Assembly (NCBI GenBank): GCA_002269645.1
Contig: NIVC01000584.1
Coordinates: 1 to 64,000 of the forward strand
Direction: 5' to 3'
DNA length: 64,000 nucleotides
Origin: Macrostomum lignano
Lineage: Eukaryota
Made by a program: the position numbers and the translations under genes. Of the stretch, positions 22,262-34,817 are shown in pieces. The stretch's first letter is position 1, and each line of letters begins with the position of its first letter. The notes under the pieces are model-generated. The model saw only the letters and a program-made list of their open reading frames with translations, was not told the origin of the DNA and did not search any database.

Positions 22262-22770
22262 GAGTAAGGTGTGTGCTGATATGCGCTTTAACCGCCAGCC
22301 AATCAGATTTGGATGTATTGCAAAGTTGTGGAGTGAGGTGGGTGCTGAGATGCGCTTTTGACCGCCAGCCAATCAGATTCGGTTGCATTGCAGAGTTGTG
22401 GAGTGAGGCGGGTGCTGAGATGCGCTTTTGACCGCCAGCCAATCAGATTTGGATGTATTGCAGGGTTGTGGAGTGAGGTGAGTGCTGAGATGCGCCTTAA
22501 CCGCCAGCCAATCAGATTCGGTTGCATTGCAGAGTTGTGGAGTGAGGCGGGTGCTGAGATGCGCTTTTGACCGCCAGCCAATCAGATTCGGTTGCATTGC
22601 AGAGTTGTGGAGTGAGGCGGGTGCTGAGATGCGCTTTTGACCGCCAGCCAATCAGATTTGGATGTATTGCAGGGTTGTGGAGTGAGGTGAGTGCTGAGAT
22701 GCGCCTTAACCGCCAGCCAATCAGTTTCGGTTGCATTGTAGAGTTGTGGAGTGAGGCGGGTGCTGAGAGA
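22262..22770. repeat. 70-bp tandem repeat, about 7 copies, each with GCCAATCAG
   Basis: ACCGCCAGCC recurs at 22291, 22361, 22431 and onward. Confidence 0.92.
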
Positions 22771-23254
22771 GACATTCGTCAGTCATGCACCTGTTTGATT
22801 TGTCACTAAAATTATTGGATTAATATTTTTGCATTCTTGGTTATTTACGCGAGTACTTGCAATGCAGCCTGCAATTGACTACTTTAACTCGTATGATTTT
22901 GCTAGACCTTTTCGGTGTTGCAATTTTTTATTAGATTTCTTTATGTGGGAATTTATATTCCGAATATTACTAAAGTAAATTTTCTAAGTAGCGTAGATCG
23001 CATCTGGCTTTTATATTTTGGCAAATAGTCTCAGCCGTTGCGATTGAAATACGCACCAAAATATTCAAACTTCTCTCGTGGGCGCGGCGCAGTAAATAGG
23101 GAGCTCGTTTTTTCTCTCTTCTTTTTTCTCGTTTTTTACTACGAGTAGTATTGTTTTGCGATGCCAGCAAGCTATTCCGATTGCCAAATTTTCATGTACT
23201 TCTTTTACATTTATTACCATCCATGGTCCCAGATTCTCAACTCATTCATATTCT

Positions 23255-24440
23255 AATGACGCAGAATCCAGCTTCCGAGCTCTATTTAATTGATGCAGAA
23301 TCCCAGCTTCTGAGCTCTATTTAATTGATGCAGAATCCCAGCTTCTAAGCTCTATTTAATTGATGCAGAATCCCAGCTTCTAAGCTCTATTTAATTGATG
23401 CAGAATCCCAGCTTCTGAGCTCTATTTAATTGATGCAGAATCCCAGCTTCTAAGCTCTATTTAATTGATGCAGAATCCCAGCTTCTGAGCTCTATTTAAT
23501 TAATGCAGAATCCCAGCTCCTGAGCTCTATTTAATTGACGCAGAATCCCAGCTTCTCAGCTGTATTCCAATGATGGAGAATCCCAGCTTCTCGGTTATAT
23601 TTCAATTATGCAAAATTTCATGTTCTCAGCCCCATCCCAATGCTGCAGAATCCCAGCTTCTCAGCCCCATCCCAATGATGCAGAATCCCAGCTTCTCAGC
23701 TGTTTTTCAATTATGCAAAATTTTATCTTCTCAGCCCCATCGCAATGCTGCAGAATCCCAGCTTCTCAGCTCTATTCGGGGAAGGGGGGGGGGTCACAAA
23801 CTCAAAATTTCACGTCGAAAGCACCTTCTTTCAAAAGATCGAAATTTCATAACATTGGAAACTCAAATAGCAGCCACTTTCACAACGTCGAAACTTCACA
23901 AGGTCGAAATTTCACAACGTAGAAAACTACTGTATGGTTCTTGTTATATTAAATTTTCGACGTTGTAAAGTTTCGACCTTGTGAAGTTTCGACCTTGTGA
24001 AAGCACCCCCTCTATTCAAAGGATGCAGAATCCCAGCTTCTCAGCCCCATCGCAATGCTGCAGAATCCCAGCTTCTCAGCTCTACTCCAATGATGCAGAA
24101 TCCACAGCTTCTCAGCCCCATCGCAATGCTGCAGAATCCCAGCTTCTCAGCTTTACTCCAATGATGCAGAATCCACAGCATCTCAGCCCCATCGTAATGC
24201 TGCAGAATCCCAGCTTCTCAGCTCTACTCCAATGATGCAGAATCCTAGCTTCTCAGCCCCATCGCAATGCTGCAGAATCCCAGCTTCTCAGCTTTACTCC
24301 AATGATGCAGAATCCACAGCTTCTCAGCCCCATCGCAATGCTGCAGAATCCCAGCTTCTCAGCCCCAGCCACATCGCAATGCTGCAGAATCCCAGCTTCT
24401 CAGCTCTATTCCAATGATGCAGAATCCCAGCTTCTCAGCC
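23255..24440. repeat. GCAGAATCCCAGCTTCT(C/G)AGC minisatellite with variable linkers
   Basis: Core repeats every 30-35 bp; interrupted by a MITE at 23778. Confidence 0.9.
23778..24009. mobile_element. Mutator-like MITE (about 232 bp), family B relative
   Basis: G-run and C-run ends, inverted TTCACAA(C/G)GTCGAAA subrepeats, exact 8-bp duplication CTCTATTC (23770-23777 / 24010-24017; 9 bp with one mismatch). Confidence 0.75.
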
Positions 24441-27400
24441 CTAACTGAACAATAATTCAGAATCTAATCTTCTGAAGCTCAGAGTCCCGACTCTATTGAT
24501 GATGTCGATCAGCTGAAGCTTGTGAAAATAAGGAAAACTAAATTCAGTTTATTCCTATTTACATAATACGAGGTCAAGGATGCGAACCAGTTTATTTATG
24601 CATTCTGTTTTGACTCGTTTTTCAATTTCCGAAATTAATGTTCGAGTTTCCGCCCTTGCTCTCTCGGCTGAAGTCAACAACAAAAGGAAATGCAAGACTA
24701 CAGCAACTTGCTACTATAGCATTGAAGGGCAGCAATAGCAAAGAGGGATTGTTCAACAAGGGGATGCGGGAGCTGATCAAGCAAATCTCATCTCCCGGAG
24801 ACGGCAACCTGCCTTGAATTTTCGCTCTGCTGCTGCAACTGCGGCGGCTGTTGCTGTGGCAAAGTTATCGTCTCAGGGATCGGAGAGTTTGAGTTCGAAT
24901 AATATCGAGCAGACTCAGAGTGAGATACGAGGGGGGGTTGAAAATGGCACCAGTTGACAGTTGGTTGCTGTCTAGGCGGATGCTTTGGCCTGTGTCGGCA
25001 AAGGGGTTAAATATTAACAATTTTCACATACTTAAGCAGCTAAAATTAGTTCGGTTAGTCATCTCGCACTGTACTGAAAAATAAACAGACTTCAATTCTA
25101 AAAGGGAACTTCTAAGTTCTGCAGCACTTTAAATTCATTTAATAAAATCTTTGCCGTGCAGCGGTTAAGCGAAGGCATTTTAGAAATGTCGCAGTTTCGT
25201 CGTGCAGTACTGCACTGCAAAGAGCAAAGGGCCTGCTGTCTGGCAGGCATCCGCTATCGCTGCTGATATTGAATGGCTTCGATTTTAATAAATCCAAATT
25301 AACTTTAACAGGTTAAATACCTTCGCTACAAAAGAGCGCCGAAGCAAGAAGAATGCTAATCAAAGAAAATTCAAAGAGATTTTTACAGTGTAATAAAATA
25401 AACACTTGGATAAGATGGGCTCTGCCTGAAATAGGGCTCTCCCTTACCAAAGTCCTGGAACTCACCACGACCATTTTTGGAATTGCGCGCGTGCACCGGC
25501 TTAGCAAGGCAAATAGCGAACAAATTGCGAAGCGAAGCAGATTTGGCCCGACTTCGGCGCTGGCTGATTTTTATCTCTGGGGCCCCACGCACCAGGTCGT
25601 CTTTTCCTTTCTTTCCCCTATGGATGCTCCCCCCCCCCCGGTTCATCAATCGTCGCACAGAATATTGTCTAGCACGGCTTGGGGGTAGGCGTGACCTCCA
25701 CCCATCCTCCGCTGTCTGAATACCCTCACCCCAGTCTGGCGTTCTCTCATTGGCTGGGCCGGTTTTCACACTTTCAGCAGGCATATCATTTAGGACTGTA
25801 CAATTGTACATTCTCCTTCTAGACCTAAAGTCTGTCTGAGACTGAGGGGGTGGTCACCCTGTCTGGCGGAAATCATTACAACTGAGGCCAAGCGGGGAAG
25901 GTCCTGGGCCTGGCCTGGTTTTCAGACACGACATGAGCCGGCAAGGCCCAGGCCGATAAACAGGCCAATATTTTAACATTTCATTTTTTCGTTCGCGTTC
26001 GCTTCTTAGTTCTTTTTTCTTACGCCGAGCTTTAAATACACTTATTTTTTCTGCAATCTCGCATCCCTACTCCCTAGTATGATAATCCTTTCCTAATCTT
26101 CCTTACTTTACTTTACTGCAGTTATGTAGAGACTCAAGTTTAACAAAGGCAAACTACTAAGTACTAACGGATTATTCAACATTGTTATGTTACCCATGAA
26201 GCAAACACAAGAGAAAGTTTGTTTTTTAATGTCTTAATTTTTTTGCAAAGAGCTGTGTCTGTCTGCTGTCATTTCTTTGCTAGTAGACCTAGCTGTCTGT
26301 GTGGAACGAACCCTCTGGATGAACTGTGCTGTATACACAATCGCAAGTTCGCAGAGCAGAATAGGTTAACTAGAACAAGCACATTGCAACTAGCGAGCCA
26401 GCAATGAAGAAGCGAAGCCGCGCACTTCAACACTGCTGGTTTGCTTAGCAGCGACTTAGCCCAGACAGGCTTAAGCAACAACACTCGCAGCTGCAGGGCA
26501 GCCTCTCCAGGGCCTCGCAGCCACTTTCAAACCTGCAGTGGCGGCCCCACCCCTCACCAGTCCCAGCAAAAAAGCTCTCCGTGGCTCAGCCCGCTTCAAA
26601 TCTGCCCCCAGGCCCCACACGTCTGTCAACCCTCCTCCACCTCCGGCGGCTTCAGCTTTAAGCCATTAGATTTATGCTTATTATAGCTATAGGCATTAAG
26701 CTTAGCAATATTTATTCATTCCGTTTGGTTCTCTTGCACTCTAATGTATAATATAAACTAGATGGGGGGCAGACGAGACGGTGGGTGTCTGTCTATCCCC
26801 AAGTACTCCAGACCTCCTTCATCCATCCTATCCCCTTCCCAAACCGGTCCTCAGCTCTAATTCCCTTGGTATCGGCATTGGTATGCAGCTCTCTACCCCG
26901 GCCGAGACCAGCTGCAGAGAGTCTTGTGCGTGCGTTCAGAAATGCAGAACTGCGCTGCCTCATCCGTCCCGTGAATTTCTCTCCCCTTCTGTCTGCTTTG
27001 CCTCTTGTCTGGCCTCATCCCCCTGCAGTGCTCCGCACCCCCTGTCTGCAGTCTGTCTGCACTTCTAAATCCCCTTGTCCGGCCGGCCTCGGCCACTAAC
27101 CTCCCTCAGCCCTCCCTTTCAGTTCCTGTGCCGCCCGTCGGCTGCTGGGCGGCAGGATGGGCCGGGCCGACAAGGCCTTTTTAATCGTTTCCTGTTTCCC
27201 TGCATTTCCCACTCTCGCCTGATGTTGCTGACTGACACTGAAATATTCAAACTCTCCCCCCAACTGAGCGAAAGAAATTGGGGAAATCTTGCCGATTTTG
27301 TTGCCGGGCAAACTGTGGACCGGGCTCTCGGTCGTATCGTGTGCATAGTAGGATAAAGGACTTTGCTAGATTAGATGTTTGTCTGTCTGACTGGCTGTCT

Positions 27401-28339
27401 GTCTGTCTGTCTGTCTGTCTGTCTGCTTGGCTGGCTGAACTCGCGCTCAGCCTCAGACACGCAAGCAGACGGTATAATAGTGTAGTAGTACTCTGGACTC
27501 AGGAGAGGGGCCGTCGCCTCCTGCCTCTCACAAAGGAACTGAAATTCAATAGCCTTTTGCCCGCGAGCAGAAAAGCAGAGGCGGAGACGGAGGAAAAACA
27601 GGTGAGCAGCTGGATTTCGGAAATAACAAGACTGCCGATTCTGTCGTGCTGCCTCGCCTCTGGCTCACTTTAATTGAAGGCAGTCGGCAATGGCCCACTT
27701 ATTTCTTCAGACAGCACTCTGGATTTCCATCAAATTTCGATTTTCGACTCAAATCTTGGTAAAAAATTGCAGAAATCAAAATCGGCAGCTTATACACAGG
27801 CCTTTTAGTCCGCCTCCTCCATCCCACCTCTTGCGTCCGTCATCCGCCCCTTTTATCCTCATCTCGGAGTTCCCTTTTTACGTAGAACAACTCCACAGCA
27901 CAGGTTTGCTAAGAGCCCCTCTGTTTGGTGTTCTGCAAACATCAGCAAAAACACCAGTCCTTTAGCTGCTCCATAGACAGTCTCAACTGCAACCGGCATG
28001 TGTCGCACTCAGATCAGTCCAAATCAGACACTTCATTAATTTCAGTTCTCCCATATTTTGCTTTGTTATCCCTGTTTGTCTGTTTGTCTGCCTGTCTGCC
28101 TGTCTGGCTGTCTGTTGATTACCGAATTGCAGTAACAAAGCAATGTATCTGTACTAGCTTTAAAGTGCATCAAACCTCATGGTAACTGTTCTGGATAGAG
28201 AGCCGTCTGTCGGTCTCTAAAAAGTCACTTGAAAAGAATATCCCCATGTTGCTGCACTGCCTGCCGAGAATTCGGTACCTTAGAGTGGCCTCGATCGCTT
28301 TTTTGTTTATAATTGAGCTCTTGCTCGCGCGTCATTTGC

Positions 28340-29720
28340 CCTCTCTGCCTCTCCTGTCTACCTCTCCTCTCTGCTTCTCATCTCTACCTCTCCTCTCTGA
28401 CTCTGCCTCTCCTCTCTGCCTCTCCTCTCTGCCTCTCCTCTCTGCCTCTCCTCTCTGCCTCTCCTCTCTGACTCTGCCTCTCCTCTCTGCCTCTCCTCTC
28501 TGCCTCTCCTCTCTGCCTCTCCTCTCTGACTCTGCCTCTCCTCTCTGCCTCTCCTCTCTGCCTCTCCTCTCTGCCTCTCCTCTCTGCCTCTCCTCTCTGC
28601 CTCTCCTCTCTGCCTCTCCTCTCTGCCTCTCCTCTCTGCCTCTCCTCTCTGCCTCTCCTCTCTGACTCTCCTCTCTGACTCTGCCTCTCCTCTCTGCCTC
28701 TCCTCTCTGCCTCTCCTCTCTGACTCTCCTCTCTGACTCTGCCTCTCCTCTCTGCCTCTCCTCTCTGCCTCTCCTCTCTGCCTCTCCTCTCTGCCTCTCC
28801 TCTCCTCTCTGCCTCTCCTCTCTGACTCTGCCTCTCCTCTCTGCCTCTCCTCTCTGACTCTGCCTCTCCTCTCTGCCTCTCCTCTCTGCCTCTCCTCTCT
28901 GCTTCTCATCTCTGCCTCTCCTCTCTGCCTCTCCTCTCTGACTCTGCCTCTCCTCTCTGCCTCTCCTCTCTGACTCTGCCTCTCCTCTCTGCCTCTCCTC
29001 TCTGCCTCTCCTCTCTGCTTCTCATCTCTGCCTCTCCTCTCTGCCTCTCCTCTCTGCCTCTCCTCTCTGCCTCTCCTCTCTACCTCTCCTCTCTGCCTCT
29101 CCTCTCTGCCTCTCCTCTCTACCTCTCCTCTCTGCCTCTCCTCTCTGCTTCTCATCTCTACCTCTGCCTCTCCTCTCTGCCACTCCTATCTACCTCTCCT
29201 CTCTACCTCTCCTCTCTGCCTCTCCTCTCTGCCTCTCCTCTCTGCCACTCCTCTCTACCTCTCCTCTCTACCTCTCCTCTCTGCCTCTCCTCTCTGCCAC
29301 TCCTCTCTACCTCTCCTCTCTACCTCTCCTCTCTGCCTCTCCTCTCTGCCTCTCCTCTCTGCCTCTCCTCTCTGCCTCTCCTCTCTGCCTCTTCTCTCTG
29401 CCTCTCCTCTGTGCTTCTCATCTCTACCTCTGCCTCTCATCTCTACCTCTCCTCTCTGCTTCTCATCTCTACCTCTTCTCTCTGCTTCTTATCTCTACCT
29501 CTGCCTCTCATCTCTACCTCTCCTCTCTACCACTTCTCTCTGCTTCTCATCTCCACGAGCTATCTCTCCTCTCTGCATCTGCCTCTCATCTCTACCTCGC
29601 CTCGCCTCTCTAACTCTCCTCTCTGCCTCTCCTCTCTGCCTCTGCTCTCTGCTTCTCATCTCTACCTCTCTGCTCTTTCTCTTCTCTCTGTCTCTCCTCT
29701 CTGCTCTGTCTTTTATCTCT
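28340..29720. repeat. Compound CT-rich micro/minisatellite (CTCTGCCTCTCCT)
   Basis: About 1.4 kb of nearly pure C/T with periodic G. Confidence 0.95.
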
Positions 29721-32700
29721 AAGTCACACCTGAAGGCAGCAGGCAGAAGACAGAGCAAAAAAAGCAGCAGACAACTATTGAAGCCGGAATAGATCAACAG
29801 ATAGCACCAGGAAGCAGATAGCATCAGGCTCTGTATCAGACAACACCTTTTTACTGCTCATCATTACTCAATTTTCATTGCTCACTTTTCCTTGCTGATT
29901 GCTGCTGCTATCCAGCTGCTCTATACAGCTACATGTATATGCCTTGGTGCGATTTGGTGATTCCACTTTGTCTAAAACATTTCAAAACAAGCATTGTTTA
30001 AAGTTTTCTGCAGTTGACCACTGCTACTGCGGTTCAAGCCTGCAATGCCAGTTAAGAGCTCAGTTATCCGCCGTTCTTTACTTATTTTTTGTTTTCTTCC
30101 CCAAGACAGTAAACTCCCGGGGGTCCCCGATAAGAAAATTCCCCGGGGAATCAACATCCCTACTCTCATCTCTACTCTCATCTCTACCTCATTTTTTCTA
30201 CCCCTCCTTTCTGCCTCTCCGCTCTGCCTCTTCTCTACTCTCCTCTCTACTTTTATTTCTCACTCTGCCTCGCCCCCCGCCTTAGTCTTGAACCGGACTT
30301 CAAAGACGTCAAGCTCTTAGTTCTTCCGCTGCAACTGCCATTTTCCTGTGCAGCCACAGTGTGCTGCTGCGCTGTCCGCTTTCTCATTTGCTCCTTGCGA
30401 CATTTCCTAAAAAAACTAAAAAAGCCTTCAGTCATAGGCTTTAGTCTGAAACTGGGACAGGAAAAAGGTTGAAATTTAACTGTTGTTGGATTTACGAGCA
30501 AGTATCAACCGATTGGGAAAATGAGGAAATTTTTCCACTCATTAGTTTGCCAGTGCATTAAAACCAATGCAGCCAAGAATATCCATATTTTAATTTTTAA
30601 CCAAAATTTGCAACACCCTACTGATTGCAGACTTCAGTAGGAAAGTTAGGACTTGGTTTTTCAAATATGTCAATGAAGCCATACTCGATCAAAAGTAACA
30701 TATATAAATAGATTGAATAATATTTTATGGAGCTGATTCAAGCTGCTGTCACGTGTCCCAAGTACATGTATGCGTTTTACATTTTACAAGCCCCAGATTT
30801 ATCAACCTTAATTTTACAAACACCAATGGAAAAAAGCATTAACATTGAAGACTGGGACCCGTTGAAAATTGGATAGGAATCATGAAACTTAGGGTTTGTG
30901 GCTTGCACCTCCCGGCCAGTTTGTGTCTGTCGGAGTTCACTCAGCTCATTTCCTTCTGTATGCAATCACTTCCATAAGTGACCGCTTTTCACCCCCAACC
31001 AGAAATTACTGCTTTTAAGTTCTCTAGAAACCTATTAGCACCTGTTCAAATTATCTACATATTCCATATGCTAGATCAACTCAGAACTGCAGTTCGTTGA
31101 TTCGTGTGAAACATCCGCATCTGCTAATCTCTGACCTGGATTATTGAAGGGAGGAAAATTAACAGGTAAAATCGTGCAAGGATTTGTCTCGAGATCGGAC
31201 AGCCTGACATACATATGTAGTTCATTGGCTCCTTGAAGGAAAATTCGATTTCGAACTAAGCTTAATCATGTCCACAGTCCATCAAGATTAGCCGAGACGG
31301 CCCGAGCCTCTCTGCCAAAGGGTATTAATTTTGACAGGAGAAATTTCATCTCAACATGGCTACCAGCTGAAAAATGAGAGAGGATCTCTCAAAAAAGCAG
31401 AGCATACTTCACCTACGAGTGCGAGTACTTGTAAAACAAAACTCGTTAAAGCTCGTATAATACGAAATTGGATGTCAACTTGAGCTCCGGACCTTCAGGT
31501 TAGAGCAGTTGACTACAATTACTGAGAGATGCCTGGCCTAACAGGTCAAGTCGAACAGGTATACTAATTGACTTGGCTGCAGCGAAGTCCCTAGAGGGAC
31601 ACAGCGGGAACGTGCGGACGCCCATTCCGCTACTCCCTGAACGGCTGACGCGTCGCTATGAACGTAGGGTTGGCGAATGACCCGGGAGGTATAGCGCATG
31701 AGCTGATTGAAAATTTGAGCTGAAGGTTTACACGCTTCAGTAACTGATGTGTGTGGCCCGAGGAAAAGTGCAGAGTCTGGCTTCGCATGAAGTTGGCACA
31801 AATTCTGATATAGTGCTCGCGGTTTCTTCATCTGAGTTACAAAAACTGCAGTTGGCCTTGGCGGTGTTCTAGTGGAGCTGTGGGAGCGGTCCGGATGTCT
31901 TTTCGCGAGAGTCACAATCAGACGAGCTTCCGGAGCTGATGAGAGGGCTGTGGGACAGCGCCTCTGGATTGCCTGCAGGTAAGTTCAGCTCGCCCGAGTT
32001 GAGCGGTGCTGCAGCTGGGTCCTGATAAATGCTTTGATGACGCAGTCGGGAATCGAGACAATGGGTTCGGGCCTGATAGAGGAGCCGGGAGGCGCGCCAG
32101 CTTTAGCAAGGGCGCCTTTGGATCCCCGCATGTCCCGGTATCCATTAGGGGTGATTTTGTTGCTAGAACCAAACATGTTAAGGAGCTTGATGCAGTTGAG
32201 GACTGTAATAGCAGATCAGAGTTGACGCTGCAGCCACTGATGGCGCACAAGGCAGCTTGGCTGCCAGAGTGGGAAATTATGTTCTCAACAGTTACGCCTG
32301 CCGTGGAACGAAACTTTGCCAGTGCAAGAGCTGATGGCAGGAACTTCATTTTGGAAAACGCTGGAGTGGACTCCGGTATACAGTGCTCAAGTTGATCTTC
32401 ATGCACTTTTGCCGTTTCTGTCGGATTTGGCATGAAATGCTGTTTGTGGGTGACAAACTGACCGCTAGCCAGCAGACTTTTGCACCTGGAAAATTGCCAA
32501 GTGTGAGCACACAAACTGTCAACTCCCGAAGCCCATACAGGAAGAATTGAAAACGGCACAGAGTCTGCAATATTGTATACACACGTAATAACAATATGGC
32601 ATTAAATAATAACGATTTTTTTTGTTGCATTCCAGCAATCAGTAGTTAGAAGAAAGCGAGGTGAAACGAAAAAAGAAACGAAGTCGATTTGTCTGAATTA

Positions 32701-33002
32701 GGGGTACATTGGGAGTACTAGCACAGTCGTCTGGCTGGCTTGGTGCCGCTAATAGAGTACACAGTTTCGGTAGCGCAGCAGAGGCAGCAAAGAATCTCGG
32801 GATATAATAGATCAAATAACGATAAGAGCACAAATAGCGATAAACTGTTTATTGTTGTCTACTAAAAGCCTAGAAAATAGGATTTTAACGACAGATAAGT
32901 GTTAGATGAGTAACAAGTTCATTTTAACGACAATTCGTTGTACAAACGTTTGCCACGACACCCAGATGCGCCTTCGAACTTCCTTGACGAACCCGAGCGC
33001 GC

Positions 33003-34817
33003 TTAGCTCTTGTAGGCGTTGTCGTTCTTCAGCGCGTTGGCCAGACAGCAGGCGAGCAAAATGCCGACCAGCTGCGGGATGCGGCAGAGTGAGGTGGGTG
33101 CGGCGGAGTGAGGTGGGTGCGGCGGAGTGAGGTGGATGCGGCAGAGTGAGGTGAGTGCGGCGGAGTGAGGCGGGTGCGGCGGAGTGAGGTGGATGCGGCA
33201 GAGTGAGGTGGGTGCGGCGGAGTGAGGCGGGTGCGGTAGAGCGAGGTGGGTGCGGCGGAGTGAGGTGGGTGCGGCGGAGTGAGGTGGGTGCGGTGGAGTG
33301 AGTTGGGTGCGGTGGAGTGAGGTGGGTTGTGTGTAATAACAAATAACAAAACGCATAAGCGATGAGTCACGCGATATTTAAATTTTAGACTAGAAGAAAT
33401 TGTAGCACATTTAAAAGAATCCTGATTAGACTCGCGTTAACACCGCAGATGACCTTAAGTGTAAGAAACTTACCTCGATTAGCCCGATAGCGACGCAGAC
33501 GCCAATCAAAGGCAGCGAGTACTTGTTGATGTAGTCCAGCAGGCCCTGGTAGCAAGTCTATTGGAGCGAAGGGGTTGGATATCATTATACTCGTACAACG
33601 GCTATGAATTAACAGAATTTAAGAAATTTGCAATGCAACAGGTCCTTGGAAAATGCCAACCTTTTGGTTCAGGGCGGGGCTGTTGGCGGTGAACGGGCAG
33701 TTTGAGTCCTGCAGGTAGCTATCGAAATTGGTCCAGTTGAAGGCGGGCGACTTGATCTCGGTCTTCAGGCTGGAGGACTTCAGCTGGCAGCAGGTCATGG
33801 GGTTGACGAGCGTCCTGCCTTTGAACTTGAGATCGGAGCCGAGCCAGCTGCTGCTGTTCTTGATGTCGTTGACCTGCTGAGCGCCGCAGCAGTCGAAGCT
33901 GATCTGCGCCAGGTTCAGCAGGTAGGTAACGGCAGCCTTGGCGGCATCATTTCCGGTAGTCTTGGCTTTCGTAGCCTCGTACGTAGGAATTGAGACGAAA
34001 TAGTTGTTCTGCAGGTCGAACAGCGCCTTCTCGGCCGTGCCGCGGATACGGTTTTGGAACACGGCGGCCAGGATGGCGGTGACGATCTCGATGGTCAGCA
34101 CGATGCCGATTAGGGCGGCGTACTGCGGCACGGGCGGAGGGGAGGCGGGGCGGATGATTCATAATAATATCATCGTTGTTTTGTATTGTTAAGAAACGTC
34201 GAGACGCCATTGGCTGCTGTCTCCATAGTATACATGGTACGGTTTCTAAAAATAGAATACTTGGGCATGACGTGTCAAAGCTGTGATTGGTTGTACATTG
34301 TATTGGAATTTATGTTTAGACTACAAAATCTCGGCTGCTCGTATACGAAAATATGCAATCAGGAAATTGTTCTTAGTGGTGTCGAGACTCGAACCCCGAC
34401 GCTCTTAACCACTACCAGGCTACAAGCCCTGGAGATCAAACCGATTTTGACCTGCAAGCGCAACACAGACTGAAGCGCAACACAGACCAGTCAGTCACTC
34501 ACCGTGTACAATAGACAGGTGGACTCTTTGATGGCGCCGCAGCAGCCGCAGAATCCCACCAGCAGGGTGAAGACGCCGACCCCGATTAGCACGTAGGCGG
34601 CGATCACGATCAGGCCGCTCTGGTTGGCCACGGTGTCGATCTGCTCCTTGCCGTCGCCGGCGGAGATCTGCCCGTCCAGCAGGTTGATGAAGCGGAACAG
34701 CTCGTCCTTGCTGGCGGTCACCCAGATGCCGACGGCCAGGCTGGCCACGCCGAACAGGAAGAAGGCCACATTGAAGATGAACAGGATCAGCTTGGCGAAG
34801 GAAGCGCTGCAGCCCAT
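33003..34817 (-). CDS. Tetraspanin, 4 coding exons, 309 aa
   Basis: Exons 34817-34503, 34122-33661, 33557-33474, 33071-33003. Four TM segments, GFCGCCGAIKES, EC2 CCG motif, later CC and GC-type cysteines. AATAAA on - strand at 32848-32853. Confidence 0.95.
33075..33328. repeat. 19-bp minisatellite running into the last tetraspanin acceptor
   Basis: Unit GCGGAGTGAGGTGGGTGCG. Confidence 0.9.

Noticed and set aside
24990-25012. TTAA-CCCC piggyBac-type terminus on the - strand
   Set aside because: No matching opposite end or transposase nearby.
28246-29824. Long RGEAERR / LSSLPLL ORFs
   Set aside because: Translations of a CT microsatellite. Same for repeat-derived ORFs at 22.2-22.8, 43.1-43.6, 52.9-53.5 and 56.6-57.2 kb.
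31936-31975. CTGATGA motifs here and at 53681 as hammerhead cores
   Set aside because: A hairpin follows but there is no GAAA and no helix I/III.
34370-34432. tRNA gene on the - strand
   Set aside because: A- and B-box-like motifs are present but there is no anticodon arm; at most a SINE relic.
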